Positions 47,677 through 59,800 of a stretch of 64,000 bases of DNA are shown here, one piece after another. Positions within the stretch are counted from its first letter, which is position 1, and each line of letters opens with the position of its first letter. Source of the stretch: Candidatus Gottesmanbacteria bacterium UBA6580. Lineage in GTDB: Bacteria > Patescibacteriota > Microgenomatia > UBA10105 > UBA927. The stretch is taken from assembly GCA_002433895.1 (NCBI GenBank), contig DJJA01000001.1, positions 15,438 to 79,437 on the forward strand. The letters are read 5' to 3'. Both the position numbers and the translations under genes were made by a program. The notes under the pieces were generated by a model, which saw only the letters and a list, made by a program, of their open reading frames with translations, was not told the origin of the DNA and ran no database searches.

Positions 47677-50007
47677 ATGAAGCCTTACGAAAAAATAATC
47701 GGTCTTTGTTTGGTGTTGTTTGCCATTGGGTTTAACCTATGGATGTATCGCGCAGAGCCCACCGCGCTCACCGATCCAAACGATAACACATTCCAGTTCG
47801 CTTTGGTCGACAGAACAAACCAAATATGGTCTTATGCACAACAAAAGTGTTCTGGCATAACTGCGCCGTTTTGCATGATGTTTTACCTTACCGATCATTG
47901 GGTACCAAACTGGGCACAGGGGTACAACCTCCCGTACTACTACTCGCACCTTCCGCAAATCATCATTGTGGCGGGTTTCCGGCTCCTATCAGCAACCGGT
48001 CTGCCAATATCACTGTTTACGTATTATCACTGGGTGATTTACCTACTGCTTTCACTATTTCCCCTCTCATTATTTGTAGCGCTTCGCATCGTCGGACTAC
48101 CGATACTGACGGCAGGCATAGGAGCAATAATTGCTTCACACCTGTCTACTGACGGACTCTACGGCATCGATCCTCCATCTTTTCTTTGGCGGGGTTATGG
48201 CCTCACAAGCCAGCTCTTTGCCATGATATGGCTTCCGCTCGCACTCGCTTACGCTTTCCGGCTGTCTACCAGCAAGACAAAACAACATGATCTTTTCTTT
48301 ACCGCGATATTCCTTGGATTAACCACCGCGGGGCACTTAGGCTTGGGTATCATTGCATTTTTAAGTATCGGTATTTTAGCAATTAGCCCATCTATACAAT
48401 CCATACTCACCAATCAATGGAACAACGAAACGGCACATAACCTATTTATCGCCATCAAAAAGATGTTCATCGTTTTTGGCATTGTTGGACTCTTGCTTGG
48501 TTACTGGATCCTTCCGGTCCTGAAAGATAGCAATTATCACAACATCTCCGTCTGGGACGGCATATGGAAATTCGATTCCTTCGGATATCGCGAAGTGCTC
48601 AAAAATTTATTTAATGGCGACCTCTTTGACTTTGGGCGCTTCCCCATCCTCACCGCATTTGTATTTCTTGGTATTTTTTCTGCACTTACCTCTCCTCACT
48701 ATGCATCGTTTGCGTTTCTTTTTATGTTCTGGCTCCTCATGTATTTTGGCCGCACTACCTGGGGAGGGTTGCTCAACATTATTCCTGGTATGGATGACTT
48801 CCACATCTCGCGGTTTATTGTCGGGGTGCACATTGCCGGGCTTTTTCTTATCCCAATGGGTGCCGATTGGCTAACAAAAATAAGCACTTTATACGTTCCG
48901 CCTCGCCGTCAATTTGTTACTTTGTTATGTTGTCATTTTATTATTCTCATCGCTCTCGTTATACTCGTCTTCCCCCAAACGCTCCGGTATGCATCACACA
49001 ACGATATATTGATTTCCCGCGCCAACGAACACTACACCAACAAGGCATCAGACATCACCCTGCTACTCACCACGATCAACCACAGACTATCAGAAAAACC
49101 CGGGAGAGTGTTTGCGGGGCGCGGTGGTGGATGGGGTAAAGAATTCCGCGTCGCGGAAACCCCAATGTATATGTACCTTTCGACGTACGGCATCCCGGTT
49201 ATTCTTTGGCTCCCGGAAACATGGTCGCCGAACTCAGATACCGAACAATACTTTTCTGAAAACAAACTAGCTCACTACGCGCTCTATAACGTCCGGTATG
49301 TGGTAACCCCGACCAATCTCCCATCTGAAAATATCCAGCCGTTCTGGAAGCTCTTAGAGGCTGGAGAGACATGGAAACTCTACGAGGTAGCCACGCCCAC
49401 ATCGGGAGTGGGCGAAGCTGTATTTGGCTATATAACCACTGGCGTAAAACCAGCGATTGTCTCCAGCGATAAATCCGACTTCCGGAGCCTCATCAGACTG
49501 TGGATGCACTCTGATGCGCCAGGCAACTTTCTGTACCCTGAACTCACCTTTGACCGCGACTATCCCCGCTCCACGGGTCTACCCAACTTCCGTATGACCG
49601 ATGAAGCGACGTATAAAGTGCCGGATGGTTCGTTACACAATCTGTTTACCGAAGTGCCCAGCTATATGAGCCCACAGAGTTCACCCGGCACTACGCCGCG
49701 CATAATCAGCCAGAACAGCACGGATGATATAGAATTTAACGCGACCGTGGCAAACACCACGCGTTGTGTGTCCTGTATGATTATCCTCCGGCAAACTTTT
49801 CACCCCTCATGGCAGGCAACAATAGACGGAAAACGGGTAAAACCATTTGCGGTATTTCCGTTTTATACCGCAGTTATGATGGAAGAGCCGGGCGAACATA
49901 CGGTCACGTTTTCATACACACCAACACTCACCAAAAAATTGCTTTCCGGAGTTGGCGTCATGACGCTACTATTACTCTTTGTCATCGCGCGGAGAAAACG
50001 ACAATAA
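47677..50007 (+). CDS. YfhO/PTPS-related-like multi-TM glycosyltransferase
   Basis: DHWVPNWAQGYNLPYYYSHLP, multi-TM, C-terminal RQTFHPSWQATIDGK...GEHTVTFSY. Confidence 0.72.
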   Translation: MKPYEKIIGLCLVLFAIGFNLWMYRAEPTALTDPNDNTFQFALVDRTNQIWSYAQQKCSGITAPFCMMFYLTDHWVPNWAQGYNLPYYYSHLPQIIIVAGFRLLSATGLPISLFTYYHWVIYLLLSLFPLSLFVALRIVGLPILTAGIGAIIASHLSTDGLYGIDPPSFLWRGYGLTSQLFAMIWLPLALAYAFRLSTSKTKQHDLFFTAIFLGLTTAGHLGLGIIAFLSIGILAISPSIQSILTNQWNNETAHNLFIAIKKMFIVFGIVGLLLGYWILPVLKDSNYHNISVWDGIWKFDSFGYREVLKNLFNGDLFDFGRFPILTAFVFLGIFSALTSPHYASFAFLFMFWLLMYFGRTTWGGLLNIIPGMDDFHISRFIVGVHIAGLFLIPMGADWLTKISTLYVPPRRQFVTLLCCHFIILIALVILVFPQTLRYASHNDILISRANEHYTNKASDITLLLTTINHRLSEKPGRVFAGRGGGWGKEFRVAETPMYMYLSTYGIPVILWLPETWSPNSDTEQYFSENKLAHYALYNVRYVVTPTNLPSENIQPFWKLLEAGETWKLYEVATPTSGVGEAVFGYITTGVKPAIVSSDKSDFRSLIRLWMHSDAPGNFLYPELTFDRDYPRSTGLPNFRMTDEATYKVPDGSLHNLFTEVPSYMSPQSSPGTTPRIISQNSTDDIEFNATVANTTRCVSCMIILRQTFHPSWQATIDGKRVKPFAVFPFYTAVMMEEPGEHTVTFSYTPTLTKKLLSGVGVMTLLLLFVIARRKRQ

Positions 50008-50014
50008 CACGTTT

Positions 50015-50845
50015 ATGCCATACAACACGCGGTACTTCCTGCTGTGCGTAGCGCTTTTTGCGGGCAGCGTCTCCCCTGCCGTCCGGCCATCACATCCTCC
50101 TCAATCTGCCGATATACTTATTGTTGCTCCCCACCCCGATGATGCGACACTTTGCTGTGCCGGATTCATACAACAGGCTATTTCCAAAGGACAATCAGTC
50201 CATATTCTCGAGCTGACAAACGGTGAAGCATACGCGAGTGCCGCAGCCTATCTATCCAAAAAACCGGTCACCTTGGTCACCACTACTGATCATCTGCGGC
50301 TGGGTAACGCACGCAAAAAAGAAGAATACCGTGCCATGGGTATCCTCGGACTTCCTTCGCGGAACATCACCTTTTTAGGTTATCCGGACGGACTTCTTGA
50401 AGAGGTCTACAACACCCGTGGTAACGCGCCCCTTCCCAGCCGGTACACCGGTCTTTCTGCTTCCCCAGAAACCGGAAGTTCGTATACCAACACTACAGCA
50501 ACCAATGACATTGCGGCAGCCATACTCCGCACCAAACCAGCATATATTATCGTTCCTGATATACAGGATACCGCGCTTGACCATAGAATTACCCGCCAAT
50601 TTGTTGATGATGCAATAAAAAAGACCGCGTACCGCGGACAACTCCTCACCTACATCGTCCACAGCGATACTGCTCTTCCCTTTCCAAGTAGCGCTTCGCT
50701 ACTACGCATTCATCTCACGGCGTATGAACAACATCTGAAACAAAATGCGATAACTGCTTACCGGACACAACATGCTATTGACCGGGAATATCTCTTCTCA
50801 TTTATCCAGGATGAAGAAGTGTTTGTTCAGTTAACACACCCTTGA
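50015..50845 (+). CDS. PIG-L/LmbE family deacetylase with N-terminal signal/anchor
   Basis: ILIVAPHPDDA, LTNGE, R..E...A...LG, FLGYPDG, DH, K..AI..Y.TQ. Confidence 0.85.
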   Translation: MPYNTRYFLLCVALFAGSVSPAVRPSHPPQSADILIVAPHPDDATLCCAGFIQQAISKGQSVHILELTNGEAYASAAAYLSKKPVTLVTTTDHLRLGNARKKEEYRAMGILGLPSRNITFLGYPDGLLEEVYNTRGNAPLPSRYTGLSASPETGSSYTNTTATNDIAAAILRTKPAYIIVPDIQDTALDHRITRQFVDDAIKKTAYRGQLLTYIVHSDTALPFPSSASLLRIHLTAYEQHLKQNAITAYRTQHAIDREYLFSFIQDEEVFVQLTHP

Positions 50846-53800
50846 GGCGGAAGATATTCGCGCCCTTCAAAGACTTCATTTTTGAAGTAATTATACCGGT
50901 CTTCGTTATATGCCTTGAGTTCGCATGCCTTAAACACGTAACCCGCCCCCTCTTCCGCAAACTCTTCCGCGCAGTCGGGATTTTCGTAATCGCTAAACGG
51001 TGCCCCATCGTAGGTCCCGTCCGGCTTACACCCTATCATGGAATGGAACCCGACCGGCGTGTTAGTGTGCTGGCCTACGGAAAACATATTGTAAAATCCT
51101 GCAAGCGGTACAAACACCGGAATAGTTAATTGGTCCACGGCGTACGCATGCATCACTTCATGTACCACCGCATACGTCATGAGCTCCGGCGCCTGCTCCG
51201 TAAGTAAAATACGCCGGTGGTACGGGAATGTATTATTATCAACGCCTCCGATATTATCCCGTCCGCTCCCCCGTAACAGCTGCCAAAAAGACTGCCAACT
51301 GGGGTCATCGCCGTACAAAATACCGGAAGGATACACGACTATCTCAAAATCTTTTTTGAGAAATCCGGGAGGAAGCAACGCCAATGCGTCATACACCTGA
51401 TTTTTAATATTATTGACCCCGGTAATAACATCCGCGCGTTTATTTAACCCATCGGTAATAGTTACATTCCCTTCAGCGTTACAGCTTATGGGCATACCGT
51501 CGACACTGACGTGCGCATTTATATCCAATGCTCCTGGTACCGCGTAGCGGTCACAACGCTCTCCTTCATAGGCTATACACGCACCCTGCTGACATCCGTG
51601 CACCGGACAGGAGGCAACCTGCTGGATAGCAGCCTGTTTGTCTGAATCAAATAAATATACGTCATTCCCTTGGCATACCATATCGATAACCGCGCTTTGC
51701 GGACGCACATACCCTACCGGACCCAAACAATCAGCAATATCCCCTGATTGTTTACATGTTTGGTTTCCTAAACACGTCCGTACCACGTTTCCGGTGGACC
51801 GCTCCACTACCGATGATCCATCAGCGCTACAAGTAAATTCACGGTAATACGACATTGTCGCCTGTTCGTCGATAACAAGACATGAATTCATCACCCCCGC
51901 GTTACTATCAAATCCATAAAGCATCGGGGTCCGCCGCATTTCTTCGGTACACACTTCAGGAAACACCATCTGCGCTTTTTGCACGCAATCATTATTCACA
52001 CACCCGTCCAGACACCGGAACGACTGGTTCACATCAATCGAAAAACCTCCGGGGGCCATCATTGTACGCTTGAGCAGGTATTGTCCGTCCACCGAACAAA
52101 CAAAATCTTCGTACGACGGCAACTGCGTGCAACAGCCAGTGGCACTACACTGCTGACCCGCAGGACACAGTCCATTTTCGGCACACGAACCCAACGTACA
52201 CTGTGATACTACCGGTGGTGGTGGTGGAGGAGGAGCGGTTATGTACCATATTCCCGCTTTTAGTGCCCCATCGACGAGAAAGCCAAGTGGCGGCACCGAC
52301 AATACGAGCATGCGTACATAACGGCGGGCGTCTGCCTCCATCTGCTCCCGTTCATTTCTATTTCTGATACCGCGCACTACCCTTCTTGGTGACCTTCCCC
52401 ATGTGGGACATATACCATCGCGGGTCGTCTCAGCAGCAAAAACCGCATACTCACTCCTCATGGCATAACAGTCGGGATTGGTAAACGTGTCTATTATTGC
52501 TTTCGACAACACTTCCCCTTTCGACTTCGTATCTCTCGCTTGCGGCTGCTCGAGTGCTTCCCGGGTCTTACCGGCTGTGACAACATCCTGATCCTGTGTT
52601 TCCGCAGTCAACTGGTCAATGCGAACTCTTGGTAGTTGATTAAGCGGTGTTGTAGGCAGCGAAGTTGGTCTATTTTCCTGTACCTGCTCTTGCTGGTCAT
52701 TTTCCGTTTGTTGCTCATCAATCGCTACACGGGTAGCCTGCCGGGTAATTTCAGCATCCACTCCTACAGTTTCGGCCATAATGGCAGTCAATCTGCTTGC
52801 CCGCTCATTTCGTACTGCGCGTGAAAGATACCGCTGTAATGGGTTGCTATTCCACACCCGCATTAACTCACCGGTCGAAATAGAGATATTTACCGATCGA
52901 GGATCTTTGTATAACTCGGGATGTTTATATATGTAAATAAGCGCATCGATGTCATATAGCACCCCTTGCGGCGTTTCGACCTCTAGTAAATCATCCAACC
53001 GAAAGCCAAGAGTCTGTATAGCAAACATGGCCATCTGTAAATTTGTTGTGCCGATCAAACGGGTTGGTCGCTTGAACCAAGGCATCAGTCGTAGCGCATC
53101 AACCAAACGACCCATGTCAATGATCCCCATGGTTAAGGTTTGCTGGTTATAATCAACATTATGCAGTGTGCCAAACGGTAAAAAGTGTAGCCGCCATGCG
53201 ACAAGAAGTTTATCCGAGCGCTCAATACCAATTGAGCCAATAAAGTCTTTTCCGCGCACACGTTCATCCACTGTCCGCAATTCTTCCACCGTCAGTGAAG
53301 CCAATACTTCTCGATATGCCTTATCAGAAAAGTTCTGTGCCATTAACTGTTTCTCATCGTCGTTCAATCGTGGTAAGTAGGAAACGATCTCTTCTTCCGA
53401 AAAACGAACATTTAACATTTGGTTCAGTGTTTCCCGCTTCACTTCAGAAAATCGGGAGGTCTTGATCATTTCCCGCAACATATCCCGCACGTCTTTCGTA
53501 TTGCGCACCTGGAGAATACTTTGAATCAACACGATTCCCATATCTACACGCCTACCGATAGTTTGTGGCGTAATACCGTCGAAAGTCGACTGCAGCAACG
53601 CGAGCATTTCCTGAACCACGGCTGTTTTATCAGTAATATTAAGCTCATATCGCGCAATCTCACTTATACGTCTTGCAAGACGCTCTATAGCTGGGTTGTA
53701 TGCATCGGTATAGACTGTTGCAGGATTCCTAAAAAACTGCCGTTGTGACACTATCCTAAGCAGAGTCGCTTGCACCACAATAGGATGTGTTCGCTCTAAA

Positions 53801-56800
53801 TCAAGAGCAATTTGTTGAGCTATCGTACGAAGTTTTTGCTCATCTATTCCAACAATATTAGATAGTGTTGTAATTGCCTGCGCGGATGTATATAGCGCCC
53901 CTGCGCGTTGTTCAATGAACTTGGTTGGCAATAATCGATGAATAAATTGTATATACAATCTACTCAGTGCAAAGCGTATACGCGAAAGTATTCCAAATTG
54001 TGCTGACTCAAAAGATCTAGGTTTCTCTGTCTCGTTTTCTCGCTGTACGACACTAGCGTTCAATTGCACAGGCTCATCTTGTACAACTGGTGACCCTACT
54101 CCTTGCTGCACTCTCTCCTTCACCGTACCCATACGTACTGCTGTTGGGAAATAAAACCCTCTTTCTTCAACAAAGGCCACGTTCGGATGTAATTTTTCCT
54201 CAATAGGCAGTACCAATGAGTGTTCTATATCTGAATTCCCTTGTGTTACCCGTGTAAGTATTTCTGCATCCAGCTCAGTAAGTGCAATAATTCTATCTCC
54301 TGGACGCAGAACTTGAGATACTATCCTTCGTAATAATTCGTCCGGGTCAACCAGACTTCCATTCGCGAATGTAAATCCCTTCAATATAAACGTTACCGGT
54401 TTGTTACCAATTGATTCTCGTATAGCTCGATAATTTTCTATATCCGTTGCAGATAACGCCTGATCTCTATTTTGTAGCTGCTGCCTGGCTGAACTATTCA
54501 AGCGCTCGGCAGTACTAGCATCAAATGACGCACGAACAAACCTATCACCGCGCACGTAGTCCTGCACATCATCATTGAGCCAATACGTCGGAGCATGTGC
54601 AGCTATCAGTGTGTCTGTACCCATAAACGGATATATCACAGTATCATCAGGACCTAAAAGATGTGACAAAAGACGTTCATACAACGCCATCAACCGCTTC
54701 GTATCCGTGCGATCAGTCAGTGAATACTCACGATAATATGCTTGAATTTCCTCTTCTAATTTCGCCGTGGACACGTTAGTTGGTGCCACTTCCCTATTTG
54801 CATCCTGGATATTAATCCCCCGGGTACCATTTTGATTCACCCGCTCAAGGATCCAGTCCTGCACTCTATGGAGCAGTGTTTCAATCTGATCCCATGAAAT
54901 TGGTAACCAAACCCAGCCTAGCGGCTCTGCTGGAAAGAGCCCTGTATCACCGGTATCTTTAAACCGTTCAGGGACATCAAATGGCGTGGTTGTTTTATAT
55001 TGTTTCTGCAGATCGGTCACCATTTGATCCAAATTAACGCCTTTCCCTTGTGCGGAAAGCTTTAATAAGATGGAAAGCGAATCGAGGTGCTGATTGTAAA
55101 ACTCCGGAGTATGCGTCCATGCCTGTTCAGACTCTTTTCGATATATATGAATTTGCTCGTGAGTGGTGACATCTATCAAATTGTTCCACATCCATAAAAT
55201 GACAGACTCAGCTATCTCATTTCCTTGTGCATCTTTCCATTGTCCGGCTTCATTTTTTGTCGCACCCAGCAACCGATGCATAGTTTCCAACATCGGATAA
55301 ATCTGTGTCAGGTTCCATGAGATATTCGTTAATCGATCATATGCGTGTGCAATTGATTTGTCCGATTTAACAAAAAACTCCTGTACATACTCATTCTGAA
55401 TCTGCAGGGCCTGATCCACGGTTCGTAGATAGAGTGCTGCCGCTGTCTGCCACGCTCGCATTGCTTCAGCATTCGTCTCTCCATCATTCAATAGGCTTGG
55501 ATCCGATTCGAGCAGGCCATACGCAATCACCTCTTCTTCACCCTCTTCAGTTTGCATAGTTTCCCGCAGCGCGTTCACACCTATTTCATCACGAAGTGAT
55601 TGTGGTAATACGGCCAAAAATTCAGCATCTTGTTTTCCACGAATCACAGCATCAAACCATGAATACCGTATTCCATCGACCTCTATCGACGGAATGGAAA
55701 GAAGGAGAAGCATCGTATTTTCATTTGCAGATGCTCCATCACTATACCGGCTCCAATCGGAAATAGATGCACCTTTTGCAAGGGATGCTGCATCGTTGGC
55801 AATTGCTTTATGTATCTTCTTTTTATACTGTTCAGCCTCTTTTATGACATCATTCGGAAGCCATTCGGCTTGGATAGTGCCTTCAACAAACAGTTTTGCT
55901 GCAGCTTGAATACCTACCTGAATTATGCTGCGCTTAAGCTGTTGTATTTTTGTTTCCCTCCCTACAAAATCACCTCCACCTTCCAACCTTTGGGCATCCG
56001 CAGAATCGATATTTAACGTAAAGCCATGCCCGGTAAGGATAGATGTCACGATGTTTGGCCATGAATGTGTGAAGCTTTCATCTGCATCCCGTAGATATAA
56101 TTGATTAAGGTTAAACGACTGCTCACCTGCGGAACGCAGAATAGATACCTCATCTCCACTCTCATGCCGTGCCGTTGCTAATACTTCCACACCCTGATTC
56201 ACCTGCATTCCATTCCATGACAGCTTCATCTTATTCGGATCAAAAAATCCGACATACTGCCCGACACGTGACCACAGTTTGGATGCAAACAGTCCGGGAT
56301 TTTCCGTCGATGTCACCCATTCGATCGTCGTACCGCGCTCACCTTCCTTAGCATCGCGTTCCGCTACGACAATACGGACATCTACCAATCTGTCTCCATC
56401 TTTCACTGGTGTCAAAATAAGTGTGCGTGTTTTGCCGTCTTTTGTTGTGCGAAGCCTCACTTCTTCTCCCAGCCGAAATAACGTAAAGAATCCGTGTCCA
56501 AAATGTAAATTTTCAGAAATCCAACCGGATACATTTGGTTGCAGCAATGACCCCATAATCGTTTCTGTATCCATTCCCACACCCTCATCGTGCATAGATA
56601 GGACAAAACGTGAATCTGCCTCCAACCAGCTCGTGACCGAATAGGTTGGCGTGGTGGCATTGTTTCTGCTTGCCTCATACGCATTTGTGACCACTTCCTG
56701 GAGGAACTTAAAGTCATCAACAGTTTGTTCGTATGCTCGTTTTATAGACGCTTTCGCGCGAGTAATAAGCTCCGCTTTTTTCTCGGCTGGATATTTCGAC

Positions 56801-59800
56801 TGCATACTTGAAATCACATCCTGCACCGTGTCAACCGTCTTCGCCGCGTCAAACGCAGCTTCGGTCTCTGCATCGCTATTTTTTGCAAGCACGATGGAAG
56901 AAAGATACATCGCATTGCGATATTTTTCTTTTTGCGTACGTATCGCATTCTCAGGTTGTGCACCAAATGCCGGTATATCTGAAAACAGCAAATGAATATA
57001 CGGAAGAATATCCATAGATAGCGTTCCTCGCTTAGAGAGCGCATCTTGAATCTGTCCCAATCTCCCATTCGCCAGAACCGTTCTATTCATGGCAGTAAGC
57101 GTTTCTTCAACGTACTCTTTTGATTTACCGCCCAACAATTCTTCAAACATGCCGTCTACATCTTCAAACACCTTCCGGATCGAATCACGGTCATCCGGAT
57201 CCACTGCACGCTTTTCAATAAGCGCATAGATAAGGTTCGCACGAACAAATTTGTAATATGAAGCATAATTGCTGCCAAGATTCAAAACATCCACAAAATG
57301 ATTTAGAGAAACGTATGGTGACTTCAAATACTGAATGTCATCTGATCCCTCCATGAGGGAAATCAACATCAGAATCGGATCTGGATCGAACTCACCACGC
57401 GTCGCATTGATTTTTGTATAACGGCTATCAAATCGTGGAAATCGTTGCTGTGCAGATCGAATAATGTTTTCCCAAACCGGTCCCGGCGCAAAATCTATAC
57501 GTGACAACCCAACCGAATCGGTTGATTGGATTCTCTGAAGATGAAATCGTATGGAACGATATATATAGTACCGATAAAGCTCCATCTGAACCGAGGCATC
57601 GGATTGCGTATGGATGGCATCTATCCATATTTGACCATAACTTGTATCCACACCTGAGGTAAGCTCTGAAACAATCTGATCCGCTTGTAAAGAAAGCGGC
57701 GGAGGCATAGGCTCGCCTTTTTGATCATACGGAATAGCTTCTACGATAGAAATAATATCTTCTGGCTTCAGAGCAAACGTTATTTCGCCGAGATGATGAT
57801 CTTGCTTAAAAAGCGTCGGGATAATGTTTGTGCCATACGATGCAATCACTAAAAGCGCATGATGCCAGCGCATATATTCTATACGTGTAGTGGCGGTATT
57901 TCGTTTCTCGATCAGTGCAGTACTTAACACTCGGAGCCGGTCAGCATAATCAGGTTGTTCTACTTCAGTTCGATCATCAAATGCACGCTCCGCTTGAGAC
58001 ATCTCCGGAAGGATAAATCTATCTTGCAGATTCCGACCATCGACATGTGCATGAGTATCCACGATAGCCTGCAATACCGGAAGAATATTTTTTCGCTGTT
58101 CTGGATCACTCATGACACTTTTTAATGAACGATCCAATAACAGGTACCCATCGTTGGTTACATGGGCAAATCGTTTCGCATCACCGTCAAATGAAACATA
58201 TACCACATGAGGATATTGCCCATCCTGCATTTCAGCTGGTATATACGAGGAGTTCTCGAGAAACTCAGGTCGTAAGTACGTGTAGCCTGCTCCCTTTGTC
58301 ATGCCACGCAATTCAGGATCATCCATAAAAATAGGGATATCGGAATTCAGCGAAACAACATAGTCTTGAACGATACGTACAAGTTCAATAACTGGATTCG
58401 TACCCTCCTCAAGAGCACTAGCGGGAGCGCGCTTCACCATTATTTCAAAGGCCTCGTAGAGAACATTCGCGTGTGCGAGGAGCTCGTTCGGACGAGAACG
58501 CAGCATGTTTTTCACGAGTGTGTTCATCACGTTCATCGTCAATGCGTTCGGGTACGGCACGCCACGATCCCGCGAATACGACAAAAAGTCTTTTTGAAAA
58601 TCCAAAATAAACAGTTTTGGTTCTCCGACTGAATCCACATATATCGAATCGAAGTACACACCATTAACGGTGAGCTTTATCTCAGTCCGTTCGCCTTTTT
58701 GCGTTAATCCCGTCGTCGTATCTACCTTTAGCTGTATAGCCGGCTGAACAATATATTTATCAGGCACTACTTCATTCACACTCACGGATCCCAAAACATC
58801 TACCCCGTTCTGTGCATTTATGCGTTGTGGAGCTGCTCCATTCATCTGTACATATATATCCGCCGATTCGACATGCTGGAGTGTTTTTTGTATATCTGCG
58901 GAAACCGCCTCTGAATGTATATCTCTTGAATATATTTCCAACTCAGACCCTCGGCCGATACGCTCGATATCAGATGGGATGAGTGCTGATCGCACGTACC
59001 AAATCTCACCATTCTCATCTACCCCAAATTCCCATCGCTCACCCTGTCCATCAGGTGTCACCGTACGAAACACAACCCGATCCTCAGGACGTTTCAGATA
59101 TACAAAAATCGACTTAAATCCCGCCCCAAATTTGCCTATCGTACCGCTTTCTTCCAGGTTTCCTGTTTCACCGGCGTTTAACAGGTTATATAACCACTCC
59201 AACCCTATACCCTCTCCGAAATCCCTGACCCGTGCATATCCGTCCTCAAGTTCTACATCTACCCGTTTCTGTAGTTGTTCGCCCGTACGGAATATGTACC
59301 GATCTTCAGTATCTATACCGTTAAGAATAAGCTCGATGATCGGACGTGTATCCCAATTCGCAAACTGATGAAATGCGAGTGTACGTATGACTGACCTGGC
59401 AGTAGTAATCGCAGCTTTCGACGACGCGGTAATAAGTGATTGAATGCTACGTTTTCCTTCACGCAATGCTGCTGCAATTTCTTCCCCAGTATGACCCTGC
59501 ATCGCGCCAACAAGATCAAACAATGATATGCGATTCGGCTTGGCTACTTCACCTTGCACAATATCGTATACCTGTCGCTGTATACCAACATCTGTAATCC
59601 CCAATGTGGTGATAATTTCTTCTGCACGTTTCTGTATGCCCCGCACATCATCTGGTTGTATAGGAGTTTCTAATAATGATTGTTCCGCAACAGAGCGGAC
59701 GATACTCGCCATATTCGCGCGTCCCGTATCTACCTGCCCAAATGGCAGATTTACCGCGAGCTGTTTGGCCCACCATTCCTTCATGGTGGAGCCCAAGACG

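Noticed and set aside
27341-50845. A true eukaryote-like GPI-anchor pathway (DPM1 + PIG-L + GT-C)
   Set aside because: These families are widespread in bacteria, and no transamidase, PI synthesis or PIG-A-specific evidence is present; it is only an analogy.
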